A stretch of 64,000 nt of DNA from the NCBI GenBank assembly GCA_965178125.1, contig OZ237769.1:372001-436000 (forward strand), written 5' to 3'. Shown piece by piece: positions 26,201 through 41,100 of the stretch. Below the pieces are notes generated by a model, which searched no databases, was not told the origin of the DNA, and saw only the letters and a list, made by a program, of their open reading frames with translations. The stretch comes from Bilabrum cf. latius (lineage: Eukaryota). Position 1 is the stretch's first letter. Each line of letters opens with the position of its first letter. The translations under genes and the position numbers were made by a program.

Positions 26201-29200
26201 CAGCGCACGGCTTGGTACCCTGTCCGACGATGGGGGCAACGCGCGCCCCTTCAACGGCGTGCATGCCGTGGCATCAGCACTGCTGGAGAGAAGCAGGAAC
26301 TATGACCACGGTGAGCGAGCCTGGGGTGAGGCTGTGATGCCCCCTGGTGGCCTAGGGGAAGCGCTTCAGGTGCTAGCAGGGCCGGCTGGCGGTGGCGCGT
26401 ATGGGAGCAGGATGGTCCCAGGAATTGATGCCGGGCCGGCGCACTGCATGCTGGGCGGTGCAAGTCCCGCCAGCGGCTCTGATCGCACTCGTCATGCGGC
26501 GATGGCTAGTAGCGACAAGGCCGCAAAGATGCGCGGCGCCGTCGGGCTACTTCAAGCGCAGCCTTGGTTCGCGTCTGGCCACGCCACTGGATCCACCTCG
26601 CCAAGCGTGCAGGCGCCCATCTCAAGGCAGGTGGCGCTGGCCACGGCCTCGATGATTCGGTACACTGTCGCGGCCAGCGCCACGGCAGCCGTGTTGGGGG
26701 CAGGCGCAGCTAGGCAGCGAGCCATGCGGGAAGGAACCGAGGAGCAGTTAGAAAATCCCGGCGATACGACACAAGGGCAGCGGGAGCCCACGGGTGACGT
26801 GGCGAATGCCAGCGGGTTCGTGTCGGACAACCAAGCTATACCAGCGGTGGTGGTGTCCAACCCTGGCGACAGAACGTCGCAAGACAACGGCAGCGCTTGC
26901 TCTGCGCTCCTGACTCCTCCTGCGGTGAGCAGACACGTGCGTGCAACCCAGGCTGCTGCGGCCCGTCTGGCTGCGTCAGTGGAGCGTCTTGGGTCGGCGC
27001 GTCCAGGCGCCGCGCAGAATGGTCCTGGTTCCACAGAGCCTCGGAATGCACCGCACAGCAATGCAATGACCCCTTTTAGCTCTATCTCAGACGCGACGCC
27101 GCGGGCTCCCGGGAGCGAAGCCGCCCAGTCTGTGGCTATGAGCGACACGGGCGCGTCGGCTCGGAGCAGCGCAGTGAGGCACAGCCGGGGGCCGGTGACC
27201 CACCCGTAGCCTTCTTTACCCGTTGATCCGCATGCATAGCACGATTGGGACCACACGGCTCGAATCACGCTACCGATGGACACCGGGATGCTGCACAGGC
27301 TCGCCCCGCTGCCCAACACCGGGACTGTGGCTGCACTGAGGGGCGGTAGGCTCGCTGTGCTTGGCTCTGTCGTGCAACCAATGGCTGGCGTCCTGCCAGA
27401 GTCCCAGTCATTACCAGCTCAGCCCCATTCCCAGGAAGACGCTCCCTCGGACGACGCGGCACGGGCTGCGAACAGCAACAGCAACAGCATAGCTGAAGGT
27501 GCACCAAGCGTTGACACGGCGGCACGAAAGGCAGTGACCGTAGCCCTGTAGATGCAAGCAGCGCAGGAGCTGGCAGAGAGCGGAGCGGACGCAGAGGGTG
27601 GTCAAAGCGGCGGTCCAGGCACCAGGAGCAGCGTACCCGCCTCGGGTGGCGGCACGGGAGGTGGCGATCGCAGCAGCTCTCCCACCGCAGATTCGCCAAC
27701 GAAGCAGCACCCGTCGTCGTGGGATGCAATCAGAATGATTGACGCGTGGATGCACGGCACTGCAGTGCCGTCCAGCGGCGAAGACACCTAGCGAGGCGGA
27801 GCCGCAGACGTTGACCTGTCCCTCGTCCGCGGCAGGCGGCTGGTCGTCGCCACGCACCACTCCCACGTGGCACCCCCGAACTCGAGGATGCCTTCCTGGA
27901 TGGCAGCCAAACAGGCGGCTGCATCGACCAAGGCATCCGACGAGGCATCTGCAAACAAGTCTGCAGGGCCTGGCTCTGTGGCTGGTTCGCGTGCGGAACA
28001 TAATATAGGCGGCGGTGCGCGGCGATCTCTGGCTAGGATCGGATCGAGGCGGTCCAGCATGGGCAGCATGAGCTCTATTGGGTCGGATGGAATGCCAAGG
28101 CTGCGACGAACTCGCAGCCGAAGGTTCACCGCCATCACCGACGATCCAGGAGCCCAGGAAGGCGCGCAGACCTACGGCAACTCAAGCTCTGCCGCTGCAG
28201 CAGCTGCAAGAGCAGCGGATGGTGGCGCCGCAGATGGCGCGCCAACCAGAAGCGCTGCCCAAGGTGGCCACACTGGGAATGCGCATGAAGGATCGGAGAT
28301 GCCCACCACCGTGGAACAGGCAGCTCGCGCCGCTGCAGACAGGCTGGCTGCATCCACGCTGCATCGCGTGCCAAGCCGGGCTTCAGCAGCAAACAGGGCC
28401 GCCGGCGGTCGCAGCGACGCGGAGCGCAGCGTGTCTCGGGACTCCACTGCTGGACGCAATGAAGACCCCGGCAACGCGTTGGGAGCGTCGGCGTCGCCGG
28501 CTCTTAGCGGAGACATGCGACCGGTTGTCATTAGCCCACGGGTGGATTTATCTGCTCGGGATGGGCTGGCGGCAGGCGCTCCCTCAGCGTCGGCGGTGCA
28601 GGCTGCACTCCTGCAGAGCGGTGCCGCACCCACCGACGCAGCAGTTGCAACCGGTGCCATGCTTACTCCGGATCGCACCCCGAATGGGGTCGCGAGAGGC
28701 CGCGGCGTCGGTGGAGTCGCCCAAAGCGGTGGCGTGATCTCCGATGTGGGTACGCCCGCTACGGGCTCGCAGGCCTTCAGTAGGATGAATGCCCATCCAG
28801 GATCACTAATGTCTCCCGGGATTTCCTCCGCTGTCGTCACAACGCACGCGCCCCTGCTAGGATCGATGCTGGGGCACGGATTTTCGCACTTTGCGCAAAT
28901 GGCTGGGATCTTGCTATCGCGGTCAAACCAAAATGGATCTGAAGGCGGGAGCGGCGAGTCTGGTGACCAGCTTGCAGCTGGGCAAGTGCCGTTCGGATCT
29001 CCGCTGTCCATTGGATTGCAAACTCCGGCGCGTGGTGGTGGATCAACTGGTTTGACCACCCCTGCCAGGGGCAGCACGATGGAGGCCTCCGCAGCAGCTG
29101 CCAGCGCAATCGCCATCGCGGCTGAAGGCTCCGCCGCGAACCCGGCGGCGGTGATTTCTCTCGAGATGAAGCGCGCGGTTGTTGTGCTCATGCCGCGACG

Positions 29201-32200
29201 TGCGACGCCGGCGGAGCTGTTCTAGATGCAGCACCTTGATCAACTCCTGCTGAGCTGCAACGTCGCCACGAGCCAGCTGCTAGAGGCCAAGGAGACCTAC
29301 CGGCGGGCGCTGGGTGAAGCCCTGGAGCGGCCAGGCGAGGCAGCTAGTGCGGCAGCATCAGCTGCCACCAGCAGCGACCTGGTGCCTCGGCAGGTGCAGC
29401 AACAGCTGTCGATGGCAGCAGCACTTGTGGTCAACGCCAGGCATGAGCTGCAGAGAGAGGTGGCCGAAGTGGCGTGGTTGAGGGACCTGGTGGATGACTG
29501 CGTCGCTGCCGCCGCATCAGAAGCAGCGACAGTCGTGGTGGCGCCGCCGCTGCAGAGCATGGACGAGTGTGACGAGTTCATGAAGCTTGAGAACGACAAC
29601 ATGTCCGAGGGGTCTGCGGACAAACGGGTGCTGCATGTGCTCACTCGTCGGATCCTTGCAGCGCTGGGGATCGCTTGGTCGGGTGTCCCTACCGTGGTTC
29701 TGGACGGCATAGGGACATGCGCGCTGGAGCGCGTGTGGACAGATCTCGATGCGTGGTTTGAGTCACTAGATGAAGGGCACCCCGTTGATGCCTTGATGCC
29801 GCTGCAAGGCGCATGGGCAAAGGGGGTGGTGCTAAGCAGGGCTCCCGTGCCCTTCAGGCGATGGGTGCGAGTAGCTTTCGACGGCCTATCCAACGAACAC
29901 TGGCGGTGGTGCGGGTGGGAAGGCGGGAGCACCCCAGACGGCAATCCACTCGTCAGGTGGGAACTGGATGAAATACGGCCCCTGGGGTGGGTTACTGGCC
30001 AGCTGCGCATCTACCAGAGCCCCGTGGTGGCACGCCGGCAGGGCAGACGGATCGCGGCTGGCCAGCGACTGCTGCAGCTGACAAACGGGGTTACCGTGTA
30101 CGACGACGAACGTTCCATGCGGATGGCCTGGGCTCCTTATGTGACGAGTGCGGAGCGCGGGAGCGCCGACCGGCAGCGCGCTAACGCGCGCGACCCTGTG
30201 TGGTGCAGGACCTGCGGCCTCGGATACGTCGAAGTTAGAGCAGAGGCAGGCTGCCTCAGCCAGGGGCAGAGAGACCTCTTCGGTGTGGAGCGGATCGCTG
30301 ACCGGCCCAGCACCGCTGATGGTCCCGTGGTCGCAGCAGAGGACGAGCAGCTGCCTTCCCTTCCCGTCGAGTATCCTTGGTCAAACGCAGAGAGCGCGTC
30401 GGACGACAACTAGGGCGCATCTGGGATCCGTCGCAGCACCGTCGGCTCGCAGCTGGAGTCGGCTCGCCTAGCTTCCTCTTCGATGATCTTGCGGGCACCG
30501 ACGGGAGCAATCCGAGCCGTGCCACCGGAGGGGTCGAGCCCTGGGATCGTGCCAGGTGCAGGTGCAGGTGCTGGTGCAGATGCAGGTGCAGGTAGCTCCG
30601 ATATGAATGGATCGAGCAATACAACCAATGCCAATGATTAGGGAATGGCTACTGGGCATGGCATTTATCCTGGTGCTGCCAGTGCATCGACTAGAGACGA
30701 TGATTCCGGGTTCACGACAGCGCTGCGAATCCGTGGCAGTGAGCTCGCAACCGTGCCACGATGTGACGTCATCAGCGTATGCGTGCAACGCGAGTGTGCC
30801 GACTACCACTTGCACGCCTGGCGGGATCAGCTGCGTCCTGGCAGCAGAGTAGACTGCTTTGACAGCCACAGCAAGTGGTACGAAGGCGTCATCATCTCTG
30901 GCGAGCCGGCCGACGGTCACGGGAGGGAGGCAAGTCCGAGAGTCAGGGTAAGGTTCTTAGGGTGGTCTCCAGAGAGCAACCCAGGGAGGTATGACGAATG
31001 GCTGAGCCGGACGAGCCAGCGCCTTTTGCCACCCGGAACGAAAATCCACCCATGGCGGCGCGTGCAAGTGGGTGACGAGATCGAGGTGAGAGACGATCGC
31101 ACGGTGGATAACACGGAGGTCCTTGCGGTGGATCCCGTCCGTAGAAGGGTGCAAGTCAGCGGACAGGAGCACTGGGCGCACCTAGGGAATCCATTCGTGC
31201 TGGCAGCCTATGCCACGCACAAGCGCATGCAGCCGTGGAGCGACATTGACATGGAATTCGACAGCGCGGCGCGGCAGGTCCCACAGACTAGGCTCATCCC
31301 CCCTTCACGAATGCTAGACGGCGTGTACAGGCATGTCAGGCGAATGCACCGCACGGCCGCGGCCCAGGCGGCCGCAGCTGCAGCAGCACCAGGGCAAGCC
31401 GGGCCAGATTTAGCTGCCTCGGCCTATGCAACAGAAGGCAACGGGGGCGACAAAGCGCCAGGCGGGGCCGCTGGGTCCCCCGCTGGGCCAGGAGCGGCAG
31501 GGAACAACCGAACCAGGGCCAGAGCCTCGGTTGAGCAGGCCATCATCGAAGTGGCCGAGGCAGAAACAAGAGCCATGTCTGTGCTGGTGTCAGCGTGCGG
31601 CCTGTCAGTGAGGAAGGCTGCTGGGGGTGAGGAGCCTCTCAGGAGAATCCTTCGAGGCATTTTGCTGGTGTGCGGCCTGAGACCTTCCCAGGCAAGCCCT
31701 GGGGTCGTGAGAGATGCGGTTGCAACATCGCTCCAGTGCAGTGCATCCGATCCGTTCGTGCCCGCCGACCTGTCGTTCGTATCACGGCGACGAGCCGGCT
31801 CGGGTGGGGGCACCGGCCGTAGAGCGCCAGCCTAGTGCACCACCCCTGGCGGGGTGGGCCTTGCCGCGACCTCAGGCAAGCGTCCCTCTTCCGCCGTCGA
31901 TCGCGCAAGGCGCACTGCCTCTTCGCGCAGGCCGCAGAGCGCCACATGGAGGAGGAAGGGGAGGAGCAGGCTCGGCTCTGACGGCGACAAGCAAGCAGCT
32001 GGTGCAAATGCCGGTTCTGCAATGCCTCCGTCATCATCAACGGCAGCTGCAGGTTCTCGTAGTAGCCTTGCCCAAGTCATCATGCCACCTGGACCGCGCC
32101 TCAGCGAGTCCTCCCGTGCTCTGCAGCAATCCCAGGCCAGGCGACAGGAGCGAAATGCCGCAGGAGTCAATGCATCTGGCATGCAAGCCACTGCTGCCCA

Positions 32201-35137
32201 GTCGCCCGCTCGAACACCAGATGGACGAAGTTCCTCAATGCGGACGAGCACGGACCTTGCTGGCGAGCCCGGGGTACCAACCGGCGGTCGCAGGTCAGCA
32301 GATGCGCCGCCAGGCAATTCACGTGGCCAAAGCGGCGACGACTCGGATCTGGATCAGTTCGAGCACGTGGCGCCCCTGCGCAGCTCTGGCGGTGACGCAG
32401 CCGGCACTGGCTCGGCCAAACGGAACCGCCGTCGCCCGACGTCCGCCCCGGCCTATTCGCCCCACAGCGCGGCAGCGAGAGAGAGGAGGAAAAAGCGGGA
32501 GCAGGATGCGATTGCGAGACTGGCGGCCGCAGAGGAGAATGAGGGGGGTTCACGAGAGAATATCGAGGCGGGCGGTGCTTCCACTCGTCACACTAATGAG
32601 AATGAGACCGAGCATGGCGGCGCAGTCGATGCAACAGCAAGCCTCGATCGCGAAGACAGCATGGAGGGACAGCCTGGTGCGCCCGCTGCCAGGATACAGC
32701 GGCAGCACCTACCCTCAGAGACCAAAGAGGATGACGAGGAGCATCAGGTGTCCAAAGAGCCGGAGATCGACGACGAGGCCCATGGCCCGATAGAGGGCTA
32801 GGATGATCAGGCGGTCGAACGCGGCCCAGCGAGAGCCAGGGCGCGTTCGGACGGAACTGATGAGATGCTGCAAGGGGACAGCAGCTTGCTGTTAGACGGG
32901 TAGGGGTACAATCGCCAGGCAAGCAGGCGCCAGTCAGGCCAGTCGGGTCGTGCCCCCAGCCGTGAGCTAGGTCCCGAACAGCTCTCGCAGGTCATCGCAG
33001 GCATCACTGCCAGCCTTTCCGCCTCTGTGCCGCATGCCGCTGGGACAATCTCTGATGCCAGTGAGGGTATCAGTCGAATTGCAGATAGTCTGCTCGCGTG
33101 GACAAGGGTGGAGGCTATGATGGGCCTGTGCGTGGCAGGATCAGCAGCAGATGCCGCCAAGAAGAAACGTGGCCAGCGAGCTGATGATTCGCAGTCGGTC
33201 AGCTGGCTGCGTCGGCTTGCAGACCGTGCAGGCACTAACCTGGCAGGCATGCACCATCGAGAGGGCGCGATGCAAAGCGGTTACGGTGGAGTTGTGCGGT
33301 CTCGGGAAGGTCCGATCGACGTGCCGGATGTGGCCGGATTCGACGCAGACGTTGGGTATTTGCTGGCTGACCCACCCGTGCAGACGCTGCGCCCCATTGC
33401 GCTCCCGCTAGGCAGGCTCATTAGGAGGATCACTTGCAAGAGCCCCCGCCGGGCCGTTGACCTGCCTCGGCCAGCGGCTGAAATCACCTTCAGCACCTGG
33501 ATCCGCATCCCGGCAGCCGAGACGGGCCCGGTCTTCCAGGCGATGGGGAGTGCTGGTGGTGGCAACGAGTCCCGCTCTGTGATGAGTGCGACCAGTGAGG
33601 CCTCAAGGATTGGCAGACTGGCCGCAAGCGGCCTGGCGGGCGCGGCTCAGTCTCCCAGCTGGTCCGGTGTCCTGTTCCGACAGGGCCCCATGCGGAAGCT
33701 GCAGCACCCCCTGCCCGCCGGGACCCTAGTCGAGGGCAGGTACGGGCAGGTGACCTGGTACCCCGGCCGTGTAGACAACTACAACGATGATGGCACGTAC
33801 GACATCCTGTACGAAGATGGGGACAGGTCGCCCAGGCTGAACGAGGAGAGGGTTAGGCTGCGGCAGTCCGCCGCTCAAAGCCTCACACTGAGCCTATCTG
33901 CGAGCGGAACCGTCGTAGCTGCACTGATTCCAGACCTGAAGCGCGCCAATGACAGCAGCCACGGGGCTCGTCCGCCCCCACCGGACCTCTTTGTTTCTTC
34001 GCCCCAGTCTTTGCACCCGGGGCGGTGGACCCACGTTGCTCTGGTGGCGGGGCATGGCCGTCTGGAGCTGTGGGTCGACGGCGTGCGGGAGAGCGCTGCG
34101 ACAGGCCCCGTGTTCTGCAGGAGTCCAAGGGTGGATGTAATCCGACAGAGGGGGGAGCTTGCCGCGTGTGGCGGGGCCGTGAGCCCGGGCACAGACGCAG
34201 AGCGCGTGTACCTTCGAAACACGCAGCTGTACATGCGCCCCTTGAATCGCGATGAGATCCTCCTCGACCTTGCTGGCAGGGCCGCGCAGCCCCCCGGAGA
34301 GGACGAGAACGAGCACGCCGAGGTGAGCCTGCGGCACCCAGGCGATCCGGCTTCGTCCAGCCACCGGGGTAGCAGCGCAGGCGCGGGCGATGACGCAGCC
34401 AGCGATGCAGGTCGCGAGTCTCCGGGCGATGGAGAGCAGGCTGACGAGCGACCACCCCCGGAGGACAATGACGACGTTGAGTGGGCCAGCGACGAGGAGC
34501 AGCTGGAAGGCGATGAGGAGGAAGAGGGCGAATCGCGGAACGGGCGCTTCATCGCGATTGTTTCGAATACAAACGAGGACGAAGGCCTTGAAGTGCTCGC
34601 ACCAGACGAGACGCATCGGGGATGCGGCGACGATCTCGATAACGACCCGCTAGCAAGCACCGATGCATCGACGGGTGTCCCGATGCTGCCCAAGAGCATC
34701 GATCCCGGGTCCGAGGGCGACGAGACGGCACGCAGCCTCGCTGCCACGCCTGTGCCCACGGACTCCGCTGGTCTAACTAGAACGAACCGACCGTTCAGTT
34801 CGTCTCCGCTTCGCTCGCCCCCTCGCGACCCCAACCGTGAAGCTGCCGACGGGAGACAGCTGGATCGGAGCCCTGGCGGGCTCGCCAGCATGCAAGGGGG
34901 CGTGTTTGAGGAAATCTCCGACTCGGAGGGGGCTGCAGGCGCAGGCGCGCTGTTGAGTGGCAGGCAAGATACTATGTCGCTGCAGCCCCAGACGAGACTA
35001 GAAGCCTCAGGCGAAGTAGGGCGAGGACAAGGAGTGGGAGCGCGCACCCGTCGCACGAGGCGCGGGGTGCTTCCCCCCGACATCGAGGTGGACTCGGACG
35101 GCAGCCAAGAGAGCCCCACCAATGACCATGATCAGGT

Positions 35138-35195
<58 letters not shown>

Positions 35196-38100
35196 TCGTT
35201 CCGGGAAATCGAGGACGGCGATGGTGCGACGAGTGGAACCGGTAGGCCGGAAGACCTGCAGGTGTCACCGATGGGGAGAGGTGCCATACCCCACGCCCCT
35301 CCGCGCCGCATCCACTCACTGAGCCACTCCACCTTCGAGGGAGACGAGGACAGCGCCAGTAGTGATAGCCCTGTCAGCTCCTCCTCCTCCGACAGCGAGT
35401 CGGTGAGGATCCGGGAGGAGCGAAGGAGGCAGAGGAGAATGGCACGGGCCGGTGTGACGAGTGAGAGGGAGCCTTCCTTGCAAGGCACCGAGGATGCCGC
35501 TAGCCTGACCCAATCTATAGATGTAGAGCTGCCGCCAGACCACAACACGCCCGGCAGACCCAGCCAGACCGCGGACAACTAGGTATTGACCAGCGACACA
35601 ACGGCTCAAGGCATCATCAGTGCAGGCCGTGACCCGGCCCACCCGCCTGCCTCACCAGCCAGGTCGGAGCCAGGCACGCATATGGCTTCCAGGGTCCGGC
35701 TCGCCGCCAGCGCGCCGCAGGCTGGTCATAGGCATGTGACGAGTGCAACCGACGAGCAGATCGACTCGCTTCAGAGGGAAGCTTCGCTGCGAACCGGCAG
35801 GGGCGTTTCGGCTCTCCTCTCTACCCGCCATGCTGTTGCTACCAGCGGTGGCGTGGTGACGACGAGTGCATCACAGCCGGGAGGAGTGTCAGGAGACGGT
35901 GATGAAAGTGGGGGCGCACTCGACGAGGGGCACTCCGCGATCGGCAGCGGCATGTACTTCAGTCCGCCACACAGCCGGCGGCCGACCCTCGCTGCTGCAC
36001 GAGCGGTCGACAAGAAAAAGAGCGCGAAAGCTGCCGAGCACGCCATGGAAATCGCCCGGCGCCGCGCACTGGCCGGGGCCAGAATCCACTCCGTGCTGAG
36101 CGGCGTGATCGGCAGGTCCTTGGATGACGACTGCATCATGGACCAGATGATGGGGCGGGGCGAGGACCTGTCAGGGTTCGTGGAGGAATATTCGGACTCC
36201 AACGATGGCGGTGTGACGAGTGATCGTGGTATGACGAGTGGATTAGACTCGTCGTCCGGTGACTTGGGCTGGCGGAGGCGGCACAACGACCTGGTCATGG
36301 TAGATGTGGCCCCTGTGTCCTGCACGGAGTCGCGCAGGGCCGAGATCGATCACCGGGGCAAGGCCTACAGCGCCCGTCATCGATTCCTGAGTGCCGTCGC
36401 AGCTAATCAAAGCATCAGCCCGGCCACGAACGGTGCACAGTGGACCTCTCTCGCCCCCGAGCGGCCCATCGTAGCGTCAAGCGGTGGAGCACAAGCGATG
36501 CTGTGGCAGCCACAACGGGCCGACGTTTCGCAGATGGACTCCCCACTACCAGCGGAGCTAGCCGTTCAGTCCGGGCCTTGGGACGTTTCAGTCACCCCGG
36601 TCGCCCCCCAGAGGCAGAGCCGAAGCTGGCCGCAGCTGCTCAGGCGCCGTGCGGTGATATTCGTGGACATGTACGGCGTGAGGATGCCAGCGGTCATCGA
36701 CAGGATGGTGGACCGCAACAGGAGGGCGCGGGTGCAGCTGTGGCCTTCCATGGCCACCGGGCCACTTGGCTCCACCTACGCGATCGTGGACATGCACAGT
36801 GTTTTTGTCCGCGTCGACGCCGCGCTGGCTCGCACCATGCCCGGTGTGATGAGCCAAGCGGCCATGCGACCATCACTCTCCACGAGCACGGGCGCGCCGT
36901 CGCCCGACATGGTGGACATCGCGCTGAGCCTCATCATGTCAGGCAGGGTGCAGGTGCCGCCTAGGATGCTGGCGAGGGCGGTGGGCCTGGCCGGATTGGA
37001 TGCGGGCGCCGGCATCGCCTCTACCGCGGCACCACCCATCCACCACGAAGCCGCGTGTTTGGCCATGGCGGGCACCCGCCGTCTCTCCGCCGATGTTTGG
37101 CGCGGCGACGGAGCGGTTCCGCATCCCGGGCTTCGCACAGCGTTGGCATTCCTCCCGACGAGAGCCGCAGAAACCGTTGCAGCCGCTGCGTCAGAGGCAG
37201 CTGCGGACCGGCAGCCGCAGCCCGGGCCGTACTGGCCCGTTGGTGCCGGCTTTGCTACCACAGCAGTCCATAGCGCTGTGGCCGCCGCAGCCGATGCGGC
37301 GGTACAAACCGTGACGAGCGGCCCCGCGGCCATACAGGCGCCGCTGAAGCAGGTCCAGGCCAGGTCCATCCGCGGGTCTATGTCTGCAAGCCTGAAGGAG
37401 AGCGTAGCAGAATCGATGGCCAAAGAGCTGGATCATGCCGACTGTAGGCTCAGGCAATGGCCAGGTCCGCACCCGAAGCAGATGCAGTGCATTGCTGCTG
37501 GGTTACTAAGTGATGGTAGCACGGACTCGGCCAGCCGGCAGGACCAGGCTGCAAGCTCGCAAGAGACGTGGTTCGGCGACGCCGCGAGGCTGCAGGCCGG
37601 CGCCGAGGTCGCCACCAGAGCACTGTCCGCCACCGCACTCGTCACACAGCTTGCCAGCGTTTCGGTCGGGGCGGCCAGGCTAGCCGTTGGGTACCAGCTC
37701 AAGGGCACCAAGCGTAGTGGCACAAGTCCCGTGGATGCCGAGATGGCGGCGCATGCCATCTTCGGTGCGCTGGTGCGCGGTACCGCGGCACGATCGGTTT
37801 CGCTGCCTCGGCAAAATTCAAAGGGCCGGTCGAATGCAAGCACGATGCAGGGACAAGCACAGCATCGAGGGCAGGCTCCGCCAGCATCGGATGGCAGGAC
37901 CCGTTCCAAGGATCGGCCTGTCCATGGTGCCGCTCGCCACGCCAGGAAGCAGCGCAGCAACGCGCGAAAACCGGCATTGGGCAACATCCCCGGAGCTGCC
38001 ATCGGACCCACGCAGGAGTTCTTGCGCCTGCTTAGGCATGTTGCCGACGGTGAAGTTGCAACCGATGCAGTTGGGTCTGCTGCTTCGACTGGCAGCGGCA

Positions 38101-41100
38101 GCCCTTATGGCAGGCTGCCGTTCCCGTGCCCTGCCTCGCCTGACGCGGCGGAGCCGATCGATGCACCGCAGTGGGATGCTTCTGCGAGAGCAACCGATGC
38201 CGAATCAGAGTTGCAGGTGTCCGTTGACTCTGCCCAGCCTGCCAGCCGTCTGGTACCATCGTCTCGGGCTGTGCCCGGTGCTCTTGCGCAGCGGCTTGCG
38301 TCCATGCGGCACTGGTGCGACGCTGCTCTGGCCTACTGCAAGGGCAGCGAAGCAGCCAGCACGCTTGGCCGCGCACTGATAGATACTGCGGTGTAGGAGC
38401 TTCTGGCAGCCACCAGGCTCGCCGAGCACCGGTCAGGAGACGGTGACCTCGCAAAGGTGCCGAGCTTGCTGCTGGCTGTTGGTGCCATGACTGTGCTAGT
38501 GGAGTGGGTGTCGCAGGCCGAGACAGTGCTGGCTAAAGTCGCCCAATAGCGGTTGCAGCCGGGAGCGGACGGCATGCCGTCGCAGTCTCATGCACTTCTT
38601 CCCATGCAGCGTCGCATGAAGGCCGTGCGAGGGGTCGTAACGCCGGTGCTGTGCAGCGAAGGGTTGCGTGCACTTTTGCTGGCCGCGCTTCATGGGCCGT
38701 ATGCCGTTGGCCCGCTGCGCCGGCTACTGCTGCGCGCGATCTCGGTGCAGCAGTCTCTGGTCGCCAGGACGGCATCGGCCGCCCTCCAAGCAACCGCACT
38801 GTTTGCCGCAGTGGAGCTGCACGCAGACGACATGCGCGCAAGAACCCAAGCTGGTACTGGGGCCGGCGCAGCGCAGAGGCAATGGCAGAAATCAATGGCC
38901 CAGGCAGCAGCCCTGCAGGCCGGCATACTCCCGCCTGGGTACCAGCGCCGGCAAGCCGACCTCGTGTCGCTGATGCTGACCCGTGCCACGAGGACGGCAC
39001 GGCTGATCGAGGACCGCGATCTGGAGCCCGCTCCCGACAGCTCGCTCGTTAAGCTGCAGCAGGACAGGCGCAACATGGCCCGTCGCACCATGGGCGACCG
39101 TCTGCTGCCGCTCGCAGGTACGCGGCGCCGCCTGGCGCACTCGTCATTCATCCGCGAGACGCTGGCCGCGCTGGCCGCCTGTGCTGCCGCAGACTCTGCC
39201 TGTAGATCGGCGCACATGGTGGAGCGGGCCCTGCACAGGGAACAACAGGACAACCTCCTTGGCGGCGGCAGCTGGCCGCTACGGGCCGAAGGTGTCCGCA
39301 GGGCGCTTCGCCTTGCGACCAGGCGCCGGCACGCATCGGTGCTGCCCTCGTGGTCTATGGCTGATCACGGCCTTCACGCACTGCATCGGTTCGGTCACGC
39401 ACTGAGCTGCATCAGGAGGCAGTACCGTGCGTTTACTGCGGCTGTGGAGGCGGGAGGGGCGAATGAGGGAAGCACCGCCGAGCTGCTCGCTGGTCTGATC
39501 GAGGAGCCCAGCCCGCGAGCCGCCAGCCTTGCCGGATCCACCGCTGGATTGGACCATGGCCGGGCGGCGAGCCAGGTGCTGGGCGGCGATGAGGCACCCA
39601 CAGAGATCGGGTCGGTGGGGATGGGCCCGCATAGCAGGCCACAGACGCCATTGGGCCCATCCGTCGCATCCGCGAACGGTGCAGACGGCAGCGGTGTGGA
39701 GGCCAGCGGCACTGAATCGGCCAACGAGGGCGGGCCGTCCTCTTCGCGGCGGCTGCCGCGCGCCTCGCCGACCCCTCGTCAGGCAACAGAGCCGGGGCCT
39801 ATCACGCCTGTTCGGAGGCATGACACGCCGGGCCATGCGCGTGCTGCACGTGCCCAGCGCACCCCTTCCGCAGTCTCGCACGCATCCATTGCCACGGCCC
39901 GCGCCGCAGCGAGAGCACAGGCAACCAGCGGGAGCGGCGCCTCGGCTTGGCCTAGAGAGCTGGACGTGAGCCTGATGGCGTGGATCGGCAGGTCTACGGA
40001 AAAGCTGTCGACCTGGCTGCAGGAGAGGGCAGACAGAGCCGCTCGCAGCGACGGCGGATCCTCAATGCCCAAGACCAAAAAGCCGCCCACGCCCACGATC
40101 GCAAGGCTCCGCGCCTCGATCGGCTCTGGCCTGCGCGGCCCTGCGTCCAGCTTCCTGCAATCCATCAGCGACGACTCGATCGTGGCTAGGATTGTGTACC
40201 TGCGGTCAATCGCCGGGATCGCGGCGCAGCACGCGTACCCGCTCCTGTCCCATAGTCCCGTGGGACCTGGTGCAGCTAGCGGTCGGCAAGGCATGTCGCT
40301 GCTCGCGGAACAAGCCAGTCCGCTCGCGCCGCCGGCTGAACTGCTTCGGTTCGTTGCTACCGGGCAGCTTCCGGGAAGTGCCATGCCGCAGCAAGCAGGC
40401 GCGAATGATGCAGGTACAGACCAGCACGATGGCGAGCAGAACAACGTAGCAGTGGCGGGATTCGATCCCCGGACCCCGCCGCCAAAAGCGAGGCGCCACG
40501 GCTCCGGTTTTGCCCCGGACCACACACCGCTTTCTCGCGGCCCGTCACCCACCCGGTCTGCAGGTCACGCATTCGATGCCCCTGCCGGCACTGAGGTGGG
40601 AGAGCAGCACGAGCGCGCGCTTGTCGCTGTACAGGTCGCTGGAGGACGTTCCCTTCCCGTAGGGCTCGGGACTGTGTCTGCAGGTGGCTGCACTGCACTG
40701 CTGCTGGGTTCGACTCCCGTCGGTGATGCGAGCTTCGCGGTACATTCCGAGCGCTGGCTGCTGAGCAGCTCGGGGCTGGCAAGGCAGCTGCTTGCCAGCG
40801 CCCTTGAGTCAACGGTGCACCGCGCTGGTCGGGAGGAGGTGCGAGGCCGGGCCCCCGAGTTTCCCACCGTAGTGGGGAGGGAGGAGGGGCTGAGCGGAGA
40901 GGGTCAGCTCAGGGAGGTGCGGCTGGATCGGTTCGCGATGACGAGAGCTGCCAAGCGGCTCGACCGGGCGTCACGGTCAGCGAGGGCTGCACTGACTGAA
41001 CGCGTGCAAGGAGACGGTGCCAGTGGACAGGGAGGAGCTGGTGCTGATGCTGGCGCTTCGAGAGGCGGTGAAACAGGGACACAACCAGGCAACAAGCCAG

